Below are positions 1-10,728 of a stretch of DNA of 64,000 nt, piece after piece. The position numbers were made by a program, and so were the translations under genes. The stretch comes from Burkholderiaceae bacterium. GTDB lineage: Bacteria; Pseudomonadota; Gammaproteobacteria; Burkholderiales; Burkholderiaceae_C. The DNA lies in the NCBI GenBank assembly GCA_039808065.1, contig JBDHSJ010000001.1, positions 417 to 64,416 of the forward strand. The letters are read 5' to 3'. The notes beneath the pieces were generated by a model that saw only the letters and a program-made list of their open reading frames with translations, did no database searches and was not told the DNA's origin. The stretch's first letter is position 1; every line of letters starts with the position of its first letter.

Positions 1-1049
1 GGCAGCACGTGGAAACCGTCAAGGCTTGGTGCCAGAGCAGCTACTTCGCCGGGCTGCGCCCAAGCTGGGCGAAGTTGCGTAGCTTGGTGGGCCTGGCGCG
101 CGGCGAGGCTCTGGGTTTGAGCTACTACCGTCACGCCGGTCTGCGCCAATGGGTACAGCGTGCGGCTGACGAAGTTGACGCCGTGTTGGTCTTCTCGTCA
201 ACGATGGCGCAGTACGTTCTCGACCTTGACTTGCCGCTATGGGTCGATTTCGTTGACATGGATAGCGCCAAGTGGCGCGACTATGCACCCCGCCACTCTT
301 GGCCACTGTCCTGGCTTTACGCGCGCGAAGGCCGTGAGTTGCTGCGATTCGAGCGCAGCGTTGCCCGACGGGCGCGTGCCAGCTATTTCGTGACGGATGC
401 CGAGTGTGCGCTCTTTCAGAGTGCCGCTCCGGAGGCGGCGGAGCGTGTGGCTACCTTGTGCAATGGCGTTGACGCGACCTATTTTGATCCTGCAGGCGAG
501 TACCCGAGTCCGTTTGGCGCGGATGAGCAGGCCTTGGTGTTCACGGGCGCCATGGACTACTGGCCCAATGTGGATGCCGTTCAATGGTTTGTTGAGGCGA
601 TGCTGGTGCCGCTGCGCGAGCGCTTTCCGCGCCTACGGTTTCACATTGTTGGAAGGAGCCCGACTCCGGCTGTGCAATCGCTGGCGGGCGAAGCCGTGAG
701 CGTGACCGGGACCGTGCCGGATGTGCGGCCCTACTTGCGCCATGCAGCTGCCGTCGTGGCTCCCTTGCGCTTGGCGCGCGGCATCCAAAACAAGGTACTG
801 GAAGCCATGGCCATGGGACAGGCAGTGGTGGCGGCGCAAACATGTGTGGCCGCCATTGACGCTTGTCCACGACAAGAACTGGCTGGAGCTGAAACTGCTG
901 CGGAGTACGTCGAGCAATTGAGTGAATGGCTCACTCATCCTGATCGAGCTCGTGCCGTCGGATCTGCGGCGCGTCAGCGGGTACTCGCGCGCTATGCCTG
1001 GGCGGCCCAGTTGGCCCCCCTGGACCGCGACCTGGAGGCCCTAGCGTGA
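1..1049 (+). CDS. GT4 glycosyltransferase, PEP-CTERM/XrtA-system type (TIGR03087-like); 5' end lies before the window
   Basis: DFVDMDSAKW, FTGAMDYWPNVDAV and ARGIQNKVLEAMAM GT-B motifs; stop overlaps the exosortase start (GTGA). Confidence 0.88.
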   Translation, partial: QHVETVKAWCQSSYFAGLRPSWAKLRSLVGLARGEALGLSYYRHAGLRQWVQRAADEVDAVLVFSSTMAQYVLDLDLPLWVDFVDMDSAKWRDYAPRHSWPLSWLYAREGRELLRFERSVARRARASYFVTDAECALFQSAAPEAAERVATLCNGVDATYFDPAGEYPSPFGADEQALVFTGAMDYWPNVDAVQWFVEAMLVPLRERFPRLRFHIVGRSPTPAVQSLAGEAVSVTGTVPDVRPYLRHAAAVVAPLRLARGIQNKVLEAMAMGQAVVAAQTCVAAIDACPRQELAGAETAAEYVEQLSEWLTHPDRARAVGSAARQRVLARYAWAAQLAPLDRDLEALA

Positions 1050-2530
1050 ACGAACATCCTTGGCGGCGTGCTGGGCTGGAGTGGCTGTTGGTCAGCTTAG
1101 TCTTGCTGGCCAGTTGGTTCCCGACTGCGGCGGCCATGGCGACCATCTGGTGGCGAAGCGACACATTTGCGCATTGCCTGTTGGTGCCTCCGATCGTGGC
1201 TTGGCTGGTCTGGCGGGACCGTGTCCGCTGGTTGGCGCTGAGGCCTCGACGCTGGGCCTGGGGCCTTGTGCCACTGGCAGCTGCCGCTGTGCTGGGTTTG
1301 TTGGGCGAACTGGCGCAGGTGGCTGCGGCCAGCCAATTGGCCCTGGTTCTGGCCCTACAGGCACTGACCCTGGTGGTCCTGGGGCCAGCCGTGACCCGGG
1401 CTCTGGCTTTCCCCCTGCTGTTCCTCTTGTTCGCCGTGCCCATCGGGGAGTTCATGCTGCCCTGGATGATGGCTTGGACCGCCGACTTCACGATCACGGC
1501 GCTCCGGCTGGTCGGTGTACCCGTCTACCGGGAAGGCCTTCACTTTGTCATTCCTTCCGGGCACTGGTCCGTGGTCGAGGCCTGCTCGGGCGTGCGCTAC
1601 CTGATGGCTTCGGTGATGGTCGGGACGTTGTTTGCCTACTTGAATTTCAAGCGATTGAGCAAGCGTCTTGGATTCGTCGCCGTGGCGGTTGCCGTTCCGC
1701 TGTTGGCCAACTGGCTGCGGGCTTTTGGCATCGTGATGCTAGGCCACTTGTCTAACAACCAATTGGCAACCGGAGTCGACCACTTGGTCTACGGCTGGGT
1801 GTTTTTCGGTCTCGTCATGGCCCTCATGTTTACAGTGGGTGCGCGCTTTGCCGAACCGGTGTCCGGGCCGAGTCCTGTACAGGGCGGGCACAAGCAACCG
1901 TCTGGCTGGATGACCGCGCTGGCTTCCTTGGTGCTGCTCGTCGCTCCTATGCTGGTGGCCGCAACCCTGCGGGGCGGCATGCTTGCTCCCAGCCCGTCTT
2001 CGCTGGAATTGACGGTGCCGGGCTGGGCTCAGCGAGTCGCGCATCCCAACTGGCAGCCTGCGGTCGAAAACCCGCCAGCGAAATGGGCGGCAAGCTTCGA
2101 AAGCCTTGGCGGAGAGGTGCAGTTTTTCGTTGCCTATTACCCACGTCAGCAGGCCGGCTCCAAGGCCGTCAGTGGGGAAAATGTTCTGGTTCGCGCCGAT
2201 GACAGGGACTGGAAGGTCCTGGAGCGAGGGGGCGACGGCTGGCTGGTGAAACGACAAGGCCAGGAGGAGCAGCGATTCTTGCTGCAGCGCCGTCACTGGG
2301 TGGACGGACATCTCATCGAGAGCCCGGCCCTGGCCAAGTTGGCCCATGTCTGGCAGCTGCTTCGCGGAGGAGGGGATGCGGCTGCACTGGTGGTTTTGCT
2401 GACACCGGCGGACGCGCAGGCCCAGGCACGCCTGCAAGCCTTCTGGCAGGCGGCATCCGCCCCCTTGAATGAATGCCTGACGGCGCTCTCCACAGGGGGC
2501 CGAGGCCACAATGCCGGCCGCTGTCGCTGA
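1046..2530 (+). CDS. xrtA: Exosortase A with C-terminal EpsI-like domain
   Basis: Polytopic N-terminus with catalytic Cys (VVEACSG), Arg (ANWLRA) and His (VDHLVYGW); soluble C-terminus with VAYYPRQ..GSKAV, EpsI-like. Confidence 0.92.
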   Translation: MNEHPWRRAGLEWLLVSLVLLASWFPTAAAMATIWWRSDTFAHCLLVPPIVAWLVWRDRVRWLALRPRRWAWGLVPLAAAAVLGLLGELAQVAAASQLALVLALQALTLVVLGPAVTRALAFPLLFLLFAVPIGEFMLPWMMAWTADFTITALRLVGVPVYREGLHFVIPSGHWSVVEACSGVRYLMASVMVGTLFAYLNFKRLSKRLGFVAVAVAVPLLANWLRAFGIVMLGHLSNNQLATGVDHLVYGWVFFGLVMALMFTVGARFAEPVSGPSPVQGGHKQPSGWMTALASLVLLVAPMLVAATLRGGMLAPSPSSLELTVPGWAQRVAHPNWQPAVENPPAKWAASFESLGGEVQFFVAYYPRQQAGSKAVSGENVLVRADDRDWKVLERGGDGWLVKRQGQEEQRFLLQRRHWVDGHLIESPALAKLAHVWQLLRGGGDAAALVVLLTPADAQAQARLQAFWQAASAPLNECLTALSTGGRGHNAGRCR

Positions 2531-2587
2531 GGCCTAGCAAGCCCCGGTGCAGGATTACATCAAGTGCCCCAGAGCGCGGAGAAGCAA

Positions 2588-3868
2588 ATGACGACGTTGG
2601 CAGTGATCGGCCTTGGCTATGTGGGCCTGCCCTTGGTGGTGGAGTTCGGCAAGCAAATCCGTACCATCGGTTTTGACATCGCCCAGTCCAAGGTGGATGC
2701 CTGCTTGCGCGGTACCGACCCCTCGCGTGAACTCAGCGATGAGCAGATGGCGCTGGCGACGCACGCGGTTTACACCTCGGACGGCAAGCTGCTGGCCGAG
2801 GCCGACATCATCATCGTGGCGGTTCCCACCCCGGTTGATGAGGCGCATATTCCTGACTTCCGCCCTCTGATTGGTGCGAGCACCAGCGTCGGTCGTCACA
2901 TGAAGAAGGGTGCCATCGTGGTGTACGAGAGCACCGTCTACCCTGGCGCGACCGAAGAGGTGTGCATTCCCGTGTTGGAAAAGGAGTCGGGCCTGAAATG
3001 GAAGCAGGACTTCTTCGTTGGCTATTCACCCGAGCGCATCAACCCGGGCGACAAGGAACACACGCTGACCAAGATCCTCAAGATCGTCAGTGGTGACACG
3101 CCCGAGACCCTGGAGGCCGTGGCCAAGCTGTACGAGCGCATCGTTGAGCCCGGCGTGCACCGCGCCAGCTCCATCAAGGCTGCAGAGGCCGCCAAGGTGA
3201 TCGAGAACACCCAGCGCGACTTGAACATCGCGCTGATGAACGAATTGGCCATCATCTTCGACAAGATTGGCATCGACACCTCCGAGGTGCTGGAGGCCGC
3301 CGGCACGAAGTGGAACTTCCTCAAGTTCAAGCCGGGTCTGGTGGGTGGCCATTGCATTGGCGTGGATCCGTACTACCTGACCCACAAGGCCGAGATGCTG
3401 GGCTACCACCCGCAGGTGATCCTGGCTGGCCGGCGCATCAATGACGGCATGGCCAAATTCATTGCCGAGCAGACCATCAAGCAGATGATTGCCGCCGGCA
3501 GCCACGTCAAGGGCGCGCGCGTCAATGTGCTCGGATTGACCTTCAAAGAGAACTGCGGTGATCTGCGCAACTCCAAGGTTATCGACATCATCCGTGAGCT
3601 GGAAAGTTACGGCGTGGATGTCTTTGTCGCCGATCCGCAGGCCGAAAGCGAGGAGGCCGTGCACGAGTACGGCGTGCGCTTGACGCCCTGGGAAGATTTG
3701 CCGCGCGCGGATGCCATCGTGGCTGCTGTTTCACACCGTGAGTTCCTGGCCTTGTCGGTCGCTCAGTTGAAGGACAAGCTGCTTCCCGAGGGCGTGTTTG
3801 TCGACGTCAAGGCGGCCTTCGATGCCGAAGCGCTGCGTGCTGCCGGCATCGGCGTCTGGCGTCTCTAA
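2588..3868 (+). CDS. UDP-N-acetylhexosamine 6-dehydrogenase (TviB/WbpO family)
   Basis: GLGYVG Rossmann motif, YESTVYPG, YSPERINPG, GGHCIGVDPYY; ATG 2588 after a GGAG SD. Confidence 0.92.
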   Translation: MTTLAVIGLGYVGLPLVVEFGKQIRTIGFDIAQSKVDACLRGTDPSRELSDEQMALATHAVYTSDGKLLAEADIIIVAVPTPVDEAHIPDFRPLIGASTSVGRHMKKGAIVVYESTVYPGATEEVCIPVLEKESGLKWKQDFFVGYSPERINPGDKEHTLTKILKIVSGDTPETLEAVAKLYERIVEPGVHRASSIKAAEAAKVIENTQRDLNIALMNELAIIFDKIGIDTSEVLEAAGTKWNFLKFKPGLVGGHCIGVDPYYLTHKAEMLGYHPQVILAGRRINDGMAKFIAEQTIKQMIAAGSHVKGARVNVLGLTFKENCGDLRNSKVIDIIRELESYGVDVFVADPQAESEEAVHEYGVRLTPWEDLPRADAIVAAVSHREFLALSVAQLKDKLLPEGVFVDVKAAFDAEALRAAGIGVWRL

Positions 3869-3933
3869 GCCTTCGTCGCGCGCCAAGCTCAGGGCCCCAA
3901 GGCCCTGATTTCGTTTCTGAACCAGGTTTTGTC

Positions 3934-5079
3934 TTGAAGCCGCTGATCCTGCATGTGCTTTACCGCTTCGACACGGGCGGGCTTGAGAACGGGGTGGTCA
4001 ATCTGATCAACCGGCTCGAGGACTATCGGCACGCCGTGCTGGCCATCGACGACTGCGTGCCTGGCTTTTGTGCCCGCGTCCAGCGCAGCGACACCGAGTT
4101 CATCGCGTTGAAGAAGCCACCCGGCCAGACGGTCAAGGTCATGCCGAAATTTCTGCGCGAAGTTCGCCGGCTGCGCCCGGGCGTGGTGCATACCCGCAAT
4201 CTGGCAGCCCTGGAACTGCAGGCGCCGGCCTGGTGGGACGGGACGGCCGCCCGTGTACATGGTGAGCATGGGCGCGACAGCGACGACCTGCACGGTCTAT
4301 CCAAGCGCCACCAGTGGATGCGCCGCATCTACCGCCCCTTCGTGCAGCGCTACGTGGCCCTGTCGGGCGAACTGGAGCAGTACCTGGTGCGGCGCGTGGG
4401 CGTCCCCGCGGCCAAGGTGACGCGCATCTGCAATGGCGTGGACATCGCACGATTTCAGGCGCGCCCACAGCGGCAGGCGCTGGAGGGATCGCCCTTCAAC
4501 GATCCGGGTCTCTTTGTCGTCGGGGCGGTCGGGCGCATGCAGCCTGTGAAGGGCCAGACCCTTTTGGTGCAGTCCTTTATCAAGGCCCTGGCCTCCAAAC
4601 CTTCCCTGCGCCGAACCTTGCGATTGGTGCTGGTGGGCGAGGGGCCCTTGCGCGCTCAATGCCAGCAGATGCTGGAGCAGGCCGATCTGGCGCATCTGGC
4701 CTGGCTGCCGGGCGAGCGGCGCGACGTGCCGCAGCTCATGCAGGCATTCGATGCCTTTGTCCTGCCCTCGCTGGCCGAGGGCATTTCCAACACCATCCTG
4801 GAGGCCATGGCGAGTGGCCGCCCGGTGCTGGCCGCCGACGTGGGCGGCAATGCCGAACTGGTGGCGCATGCGCAGACCGGCCTGTTGGTGCCGGCTGGCG
4901 ATGTGGCGGCCTTTGCCAAGGTGCTGATCGACTGGGCCAGCCAGCCGGCCCAGGCGCGAGCCCTGGGCGAGGCTGGCCTGCGCCGGGCCCAGGAGCGCTT
5001 TAGCCTGGATGCAATGGTCAGCGCCTACGATGCGCTTTACACCGGTCTGCTGCAGGGCCAGCAGCACCGGCAACGTTGA
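3934..5079 (+). CDS. GT4 glycosyltransferase, PEP-CTERM/XrtA type (TIGR03088-like)
   Basis: GGLENGVVNLIN, HGEHGRD, EGISNTILEAMA; TTG start. Confidence 0.88.
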   Translation: MKPLILHVLYRFDTGGLENGVVNLINRLEDYRHAVLAIDDCVPGFCARVQRSDTEFIALKKPPGQTVKVMPKFLREVRRLRPGVVHTRNLAALELQAPAWWDGTAARVHGEHGRDSDDLHGLSKRHQWMRRIYRPFVQRYVALSGELEQYLVRRVGVPAAKVTRICNGVDIARFQARPQRQALEGSPFNDPGLFVVGAVGRMQPVKGQTLLVQSFIKALASKPSLRRTLRLVLVGEGPLRAQCQQMLEQADLAHLAWLPGERRDVPQLMQAFDAFVLPSLAEGISNTILEAMASGRPVLAADVGGNAELVAHAQTGLLVPAGDVAAFAKVLIDWASQPAQARALGEAGLRRAQERFSLDAMVSAYDALYTGLLQGQQHRQR

Positions 5080-5088
5080 GAGAACTCC

Positions 5089-7035
5089 ATGTGCGGCATC
5101 ACCGGACTCTTTGATACCCAGGGCCGACGCGAGGTCGAGCGCGCGCGGCTTTCGCGCATGAACGACTCGCAATGGCACCGCGGCCCGGATGAGGGCGCGC
5201 TCCACCTTGAGCCCGGACTGGGCTTCGGCCACCGTCGCCTGTCGATCATCGACATCGCCACCGGCCAGCAGCCGATCTTCAATGAAGACCAGAGCGTGGC
5301 CCTGGTCTTCAACGGCGAGATCTACAACTACCTCGACCTGATGCAGGAGCTGCGAGCCGCTGGCTACAACTTCCGCACCAAGAGCGACAGCGAAACCATC
5401 GTGCGCGCTTGGGAGCATTGGGGCGAGGACTGTGTGCAGCACCTGCGCGGCATGTTCGCCTTCGCGATCCACGACCGGCGCCGCCAAACCCTGTTCATGG
5501 CGCGCGACCGCATGGGCGTCAAGCCCTTGCACTACGCGCTGCTGCCCGATGGTTGGTTGCTGTTCGGCTCCGAGCTCAAGTCGGTGCTGGCACATGGAGG
5601 CCTGAGCCGCGAGCTCGATCCGCTGGCGATCGAGGAGTACTTCGCGCTCGGCTACGCGGCCGAGCCGCGCACCGCCTTCAAGGGCGCCAAGAAGCTCGAA
5701 CCCGGGCATTGCGTGCTCTGGAAGGTGGGCCAGGGCAGCGAGCCACAGCCGCGCCCCTACTGGGACGTCAAGTTCACGCTCGACAGCAAGATCTCCGAGG
5801 CCGATGCGCTGGTGGAACTGCGCGAGCGCCTGAACGAGTCCGTGAAGCTGCGCCTGCAGTCCGAGCGCACGCTCGGCGCCTTTCTGTCCGGCGGTGTTGA
5901 TTCCAGCGGCGTCGTCGCCAGCATGGCGCAGCTCATGGACGAGCCGGTCAACACCTGCTCGATCGGCTTCGACGACCCGAAGTTCAATGAATCGGCCTTC
6001 GCCCAGCTGGTGGCCGACCGCTACAAGACCAACCACCGCATCGAGGTGGTCAAGAGCGACGACTTCGACCTGATCGACACCCTGGCCCGGCTCTATGACG
6101 AGCCCTATGCGGACAGCTCGGCAATCCCGACCTACCGGGTCTGCCAGCTGGCGCGCCAGCATGTCACCGTGGCCCTGAGCGGCGACGGCGGCGACGAGAC
6201 CTTCGGCGGCTACCGCCGCTACCGCCTGCACCTGATGGAGGAGCGCCTACGTCAGGCCTTGCCTTATGGCGTGCGCAAGCCTGTATTCGGCACCTTGGGC
6301 CAGCTGTACCCCAAGCTGGACTGGGCGCCGCGCTTCCTGCGTGCCAAGACCACCTTCGAGGGCCTGGCGCGCAGTTCGGTGCAGGCCTACTTCCATTCGG
6401 TCTCGATCCTGCGCGGGCCGATGCGCGAGCAGCTGTTCTCGCCCCAGTTCAAGCGCGAGCTGGGCGACTACAACGCTTACGAGGTGTTTGAGCGCCATGG
6501 CGCCAAGGCAGGCACTGAGGACCCGTTGGCGCTGATCCAGTACCTGGACTACAAGACCTACCTGGTCGGCGACATCAACACCAAGGTCGACCGCGCCTCG
6601 ATGGCGCATTCGCTGGAGGTGCGCGAGCCCCTGATGGACCACCCGCTGATCGAGTGGCTGGCCACCCTGCCGTCCAGTCTCAAGATCCGCGGCCAGGAAG
6701 GCAAATACCTCTTCAAGAAGGCGCTGGAGCCCTGGTTGCCCGAGGACGTGCTGTACCGGCCCAAGATGGGTTTCTCCGTGCCGCTGGCGCGCTGGTTCCG
6801 CGGGCCGCTGAAGGAGCGGGTGCGTGACGCCGTGCTGGGCGAGCGCCTCGCCAGCACCGGCTGGTTCAACCCGGCCTATCTGCGCCACCTGGTCGATGCC
6901 CACCAATCGGGCCAGAGCGACTACAGCGCCTCGCTGTGGTCGCTGCTGATGTTCGAGGCCTTCCTGCGTCAGGTCGTGGACCGCGCCGACACCGATGGCC
7001 TGCAGGGCCTGCAAGCCGAGAGGATGACGGCATGA
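5089..7035 (+). CDS. asnB: Glutamine-dependent amidotransferase, AsnB family, XrtA-system type (TIGR03108-like)
   Basis: N-terminal MCGI (Ntn Cys1), HRGPD, HRRLSIID, FNGEIYN, LSGGVDSS, SGDGGDE. Confidence 0.92.
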   Translation: MCGITGLFDTQGRREVERARLSRMNDSQWHRGPDEGALHLEPGLGFGHRRLSIIDIATGQQPIFNEDQSVALVFNGEIYNYLDLMQELRAAGYNFRTKSDSETIVRAWEHWGEDCVQHLRGMFAFAIHDRRRQTLFMARDRMGVKPLHYALLPDGWLLFGSELKSVLAHGGLSRELDPLAIEEYFALGYAAEPRTAFKGAKKLEPGHCVLWKVGQGSEPQPRPYWDVKFTLDSKISEADALVELRERLNESVKLRLQSERTLGAFLSGGVDSSGVVASMAQLMDEPVNTCSIGFDDPKFNESAFAQLVADRYKTNHRIEVVKSDDFDLIDTLARLYDEPYADSSAIPTYRVCQLARQHVTVALSGDGGDETFGGYRRYRLHLMEERLRQALPYGVRKPVFGTLGQLYPKLDWAPRFLRAKTTFEGLARSSVQAYFHSVSILRGPMREQLFSPQFKRELGDYNAYEVFERHGAKAGTEDPLALIQYLDYKTYLVGDINTKVDRASMAHSLEVREPLMDHPLIEWLATLPSSLKIRGQEGKYLFKKALEPWLPEDVLYRPKMGFSVPLARWFRGPLKERVRDAVLGERLASTGWFNPAYLRHLVDAHQSGQSDYSASLWSLLMFEAFLRQVVDRADTDGLQGLQAERMTA

Positions 7036-8252
7036 CCCAGAGAGTGCTCCACGTCTTTGACCATTCGATCCCGCTGCACAGCGGCTATACCTTCCGCAGC
7101 CTGGCCTTGCTCAAAGGCCAGCGCGCGCTCGGCTTCGAAACCTTCCACCTGACCAGTCCCAAGCACACGGCCGGACTCGGCGACAAGGCCGACGGCGCGC
7201 TCGAGAACGAGGTCGACGGTTGGCACTTCTTCCGCACCCCCTCGCTGCCGCGTTCCAGCCTGCCGGGTGTGGGCGAGTACCAGCTGATGCGCAGCCTGGA
7301 AGAGCGCATCGAACAGGTGGCGCGCCAAGTCAGGGCCACAGTCCTGCATGCCCATTCCCCTGTGCTCAATGCCTTGCCTGCCCTCAAGGTGGGCAAGCGC
7401 CTGGGCCTTCACGTGGTCTACGAAGTGCGCGCCTTTTGGGAGGACGCGGCTGTTGACCATGGCTCCACCCAGGAGGGCAGCCTGCGCTACAAGCTGACGC
7501 GGCAAATGGAGAGCCACGCGCTCAAGAAGGCCGACCACGTGTTCACGATCTGCGAGGGGCTGCGCGGCGACATCGTGGCCCGCGGGATCCCGGCCGACAA
7601 GGTCACCGTCATTCCGAATGCGGTGGACATCGGCGCTTTCGAGCCCGGCGGCACGCCCGACGAATCTCTTAAGGCCCAGCTCGGCCTGACTGGCTGCACG
7701 GTGCTCGGCTTCATCGGCTCCTTTTACGCTTACGAGGGCCTGGACCTGCTGATCGCGGCCCTGCCCGTCCTGCTTCAGCAGCACCCTGATTTGCGCGTGC
7801 TGCTGGTCGGCGGCGGACCGCAGGACGCCGCCCTGAAGGCCCAGGCCAAGGAGCTGGGCGTGGGCGACAAGGTCGTCTTCACCGGCCGGGTGCCGCATGC
7901 CGAGGTGGGTCACTACTACGACTTGGTGGACCTGCTCTGCTACCCGCGCCACTCGATGCGCCTGACCGAGTTGGTCACGCCGCTGAAGCCGCTGGAGGCG
8001 ATGGCGCAGGGGCGGGTGCTGCTGGCTTCGGACGTCGGCGGGCACCAGGAGCTGATCCGCGATGGCGAAACGGGCTACCTGTTCAAGGCGGATGACGTGG
8101 CTGCGTTGGCCGCCAAGGTCGAGCAGGCCTTGAAGGAGCGCGGCGGCTGGGCGCAGATGCGTGAGCAAGGCCGCCGTTTCGTCGAGACCGAGCGCAACTG
8201 GGGCGTGTCCACCGCGCGTTACCGCGCGGTCTACGAGGCCCTGTGTCGTTGA
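7032..8252 (+). CDS. GT4 glycosyltransferase, XrtA-associated (TIGR04063-like)
   Basis: HSIPLHSGYTFRS, YEVRAFWEDAAV, ELVTPLKPLEAMA; ATG 7032 overlaps the asnB stop (ATGA). Confidence 0.88.
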   Translation: MTQRVLHVFDHSIPLHSGYTFRSLALLKGQRALGFETFHLTSPKHTAGLGDKADGALENEVDGWHFFRTPSLPRSSLPGVGEYQLMRSLEERIEQVARQVRATVLHAHSPVLNALPALKVGKRLGLHVVYEVRAFWEDAAVDHGSTQEGSLRYKLTRQMESHALKKADHVFTICEGLRGDIVARGIPADKVTVIPNAVDIGAFEPGGTPDESLKAQLGLTGCTVLGFIGSFYAYEGLDLLIAALPVLLQQHPDLRVLLVGGGPQDAALKAQAKELGVGDKVVFTGRVPHAEVGHYYDLVDLLCYPRHSMRLTELVTPLKPLEAMAQGRVLLASDVGGHQELIRDGETGYLFKADDVAALAAKVEQALKERGGWAQMREQGRRFVETERNWGVSTARYRAVYEALCR

Positions 8253-9325
8253 TGGGGTTGACCGGCCTGCGCCTGACGCTAGTTGGTCCGTTGCCGCCAC
8301 CGGCCGGAGGCATGGCCACCCAGACTGCGCAGCTCAAGCGCCTGCTGGAGGGCGAGGGCGTGCAGGTCGAGCTGGTGCAGACGAATGCGCCGTACTGGCC
8401 GACCTGGTTCGGCCGGGTGCCGATGGTCCGGGCGCTGGCGCGGCTGCTGCCCTATCTGGGGGCGCTCTGGCGCGCCTGCGGCCGGGCGCATGTCGTGCAT
8501 CTGATGGCCAACTCGGGTTGGTCCTGGCATCTCTTTGCCGCCCCGGCGATCGCGATTGCCCGTCTGCGTGGCGTGCCGGTGCTGGTGAACTACCGTGGCG
8601 GCGAGGCCGAGGGCTTCTTGGCGCGCTCGCGCGGCATCGTTGGCCTGAGCTTGAACCGCGTGCAGGCGCTGGTGGTTCCTTCGGGTTTCCTGGTCGAGGT
8701 GTTTGCGCGCTTTGGCTGGAAGGCTGAGGTGGTGCCGAATGTGGTGGATCTGAGTCTGTTTCACCCCGGCCCGACGCGCCCGAACGGCCACCACTTGGTG
8801 GTGACGCGCAACCTGGAAGTGCTGTACGACAACGCCAGCGCCATCCGCGCACTGGCCACGCTGCGCCAGAGTTACCCCGACACTCACCTGACTGTGGCCG
8901 GCAGTGGCCCGCAGCGCGCCGAGTTAGAGGAGTTGGTGGTCGAACTGGGCCTGGGCGATGCGGTGCAATTCACTGGCCGGCTGGACCGCCAGGCCCTGGC
9001 GGAGTTGCTGCGCAGCGCGGACGTGTTGCTCAACCCCAGCTTGGCCGACAACATGCCGAACTCGTTGCTGGAAGCCCTGGCCACTGGCGTGCCGGTGGTG
9101 TCGACCCATGTTGGCGGCGTGCCCTTCATGGTGGAGCACGGGCGCAGCGCCTGGTTGGTGCCGCCGCAGGACCCGGCCGCCTTGGCCGCGGCAGTGCAGG
9201 AGCTGTTCGACAATGACGCTCTGCGGCAGTCTCTGCGCGCGACCGGCTTGCTGGAGGCGCAGCGCTACACCTGGCAGCAGGTGGCACCGCGGCTGGCCGA
9301 AGCCTACCGGCAGGCGATGCGCTGA
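8252..9325 (+). CDS. GT4 glycosyltransferase
   Basis: [23 protein letters not shown]; TGATG coupling to the upstream gene. Confidence 0.85.
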   Translation: MGLTGLRLTLVGPLPPPAGGMATQTAQLKRLLEGEGVQVELVQTNAPYWPTWFGRVPMVRALARLLPYLGALWRACGRAHVVHLMANSGWSWHLFAAPAIAIARLRGVPVLVNYRGGEAEGFLARSRGIVGLSLNRVQALVVPSGFLVEVFARFGWKAEVVPNVVDLSLFHPGPTRPNGHHLVVTRNLEVLYDNASAIRALATLRQSYPDTHLTVAGSGPQRAELEELVVELGLGDAVQFTGRLDRQALAELLRSADVLLNPSLADNMPNSLLEALATGVPVVSTHVGGVPFMVEHGRSAWLVPPQDPAALAAAVQELFDNDALRQSLRATGLLEAQRYTWQQVAPRLAEAYRQAMR

Positions 9326-9381
9326 GTCCTTCGAACGCCTGTCATGTCACGGTCCTAAGGTCCGGCTTTTTTGGGGTTTTC

Positions 9382-10728
9382 ATGCGAGTCACGATCTTCG
9401 GTGCGGGCTATGTGGGCTTGGTGACCGGCACCTGCCTGGCGCAGATGGGCAATCAGGTGGTCTGTCTGGACGTGGACGAAGGCAAGGTGGCCCGTCTGCA
9501 GGCCGGCGAGGTGCCCATTCACGAACCCGGGCTGGACAAGCTTGTGCGCAGCAACGCTGCCGCAAAGCGCTTGCGCTTCACCACGGATGCCGCGGCCGCG
9601 GTGGCGCATGGCAAGCTGATCTTCATCGGTGTGGGCACGCCACCGGACGAGGACGGCTCGGCCGATCTGCAGCATGTGCTTGCGGCCGCACGCACCATCG
9701 GCCTGCACATGCAGGACTTCAAGGTGGTGGTGGACAAGAGCACCGTGCCGGTGGGTACCGCTGACCGGGTTCGTGCCACTCTGGCCGCGGCCCTGGAGGA
9801 GCGCGGTTCGAGCCTGGAGTTTGCCGTGGCCAGCAACCCGGAGTTTCTAAAGGAAGGTGCGGCGGTGGCGGATTTCATGAAGCCCGACCGCATCGTCATT
9901 GGCGCCGAGGACGAGCGCGCCATCCTGCTGCTGCGCACGCTGTATGCGCCGTTCAATCGCAACCACGACCGCGTGCAGCTGATGGACACGCGTAGCGCCG
10001 AGCTGACCAAGTACGCCGCCAATGCCATGCTGGCGACGCGCATCAGTTTCATGAACGAAATGGCCCAGCTGGCCGAGCGCGTGGGTGCGGATGTGGAAAT
10101 GGTGCGGCGCGGCATCGGCAGCGACCCGCGCATTGGCACCCACTTTCTCTATGCAGGTGCCGGCTATGGCGGTTCCTGCTTTCCCAAAGACGTCAAGGCG
10201 CTTATCCACAGCGGACGCCAGCTCGGGCTGGAGCTGGGTGTGCTGCAGGCCGTCGAGGCTGCCAACGAGCGTCAGAAGCAAGTGCTGGTGGACAAGGTCA
10301 GAGCCCGCCTGGGTCCGGACCTGCAAGGGCGCCGCCTGGCAGTCTGGGGCCTGGCCTTCAAGCCCAACACCGATGACATGCGCGAAGCGCCGGCGCGGGT
10401 GGTCATCGGCGCGCTGCTGCGACTGGGCGCGACCGTTTGTGCGCATGACCCGGTGGCGATGGACGAGGCTCGTCGCGTCTTCGGACCGCGCCCGGGTCTG
10501 AGCTATGCCGGCACGCCAGAGGCGGCGCTGGACGGGGCCGACGCGCTCGTGATCCTGACCGAGTGGGCGGTTTTTCGCAGCCCTGATTTCGACCTGTTCA
10601 AGTCCGCGCTGCGCCAGCCCCTGGTGTTCGACGGGCGCAATCTCTTCGATCCCCGCTTGCTGCAGCTGCTGGGCATCGAGTACCACGCCATCGGCCGCGG
10701 CAGCGCGGCCCAACCGCCCAAGCCCTGA
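9382..10728 (+). CDS. ugd: UDP-glucose 6-dehydrogenase
   Basis: [45 protein letters not shown]. Confidence 0.93.
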   Translation: MRVTIFGAGYVGLVTGTCLAQMGNQVVCLDVDEGKVARLQAGEVPIHEPGLDKLVRSNAAAKRLRFTTDAAAAVAHGKLIFIGVGTPPDEDGSADLQHVLAAARTIGLHMQDFKVVVDKSTVPVGTADRVRATLAAALEERGSSLEFAVASNPEFLKEGAAVADFMKPDRIVIGAEDERAILLLRTLYAPFNRNHDRVQLMDTRSAELTKYAANAMLATRISFMNEMAQLAERVGADVEMVRRGIGSDPRIGTHFLYAGAGYGGSCFPKDVKALIHSGRQLGLELGVLQAVEAANERQKQVLVDKVRARLGPDLQGRRLAVWGLAFKPNTDDMREAPARVVIGALLRLGATVCAHDPVAMDEARRVFGPRPGLSYAGTPEAALDGADALVILTEWAVFRSPDFDLFKSALRQPLVFDGRNLFDPRLLQLLGIEYHAIGRGSAAQPPKP

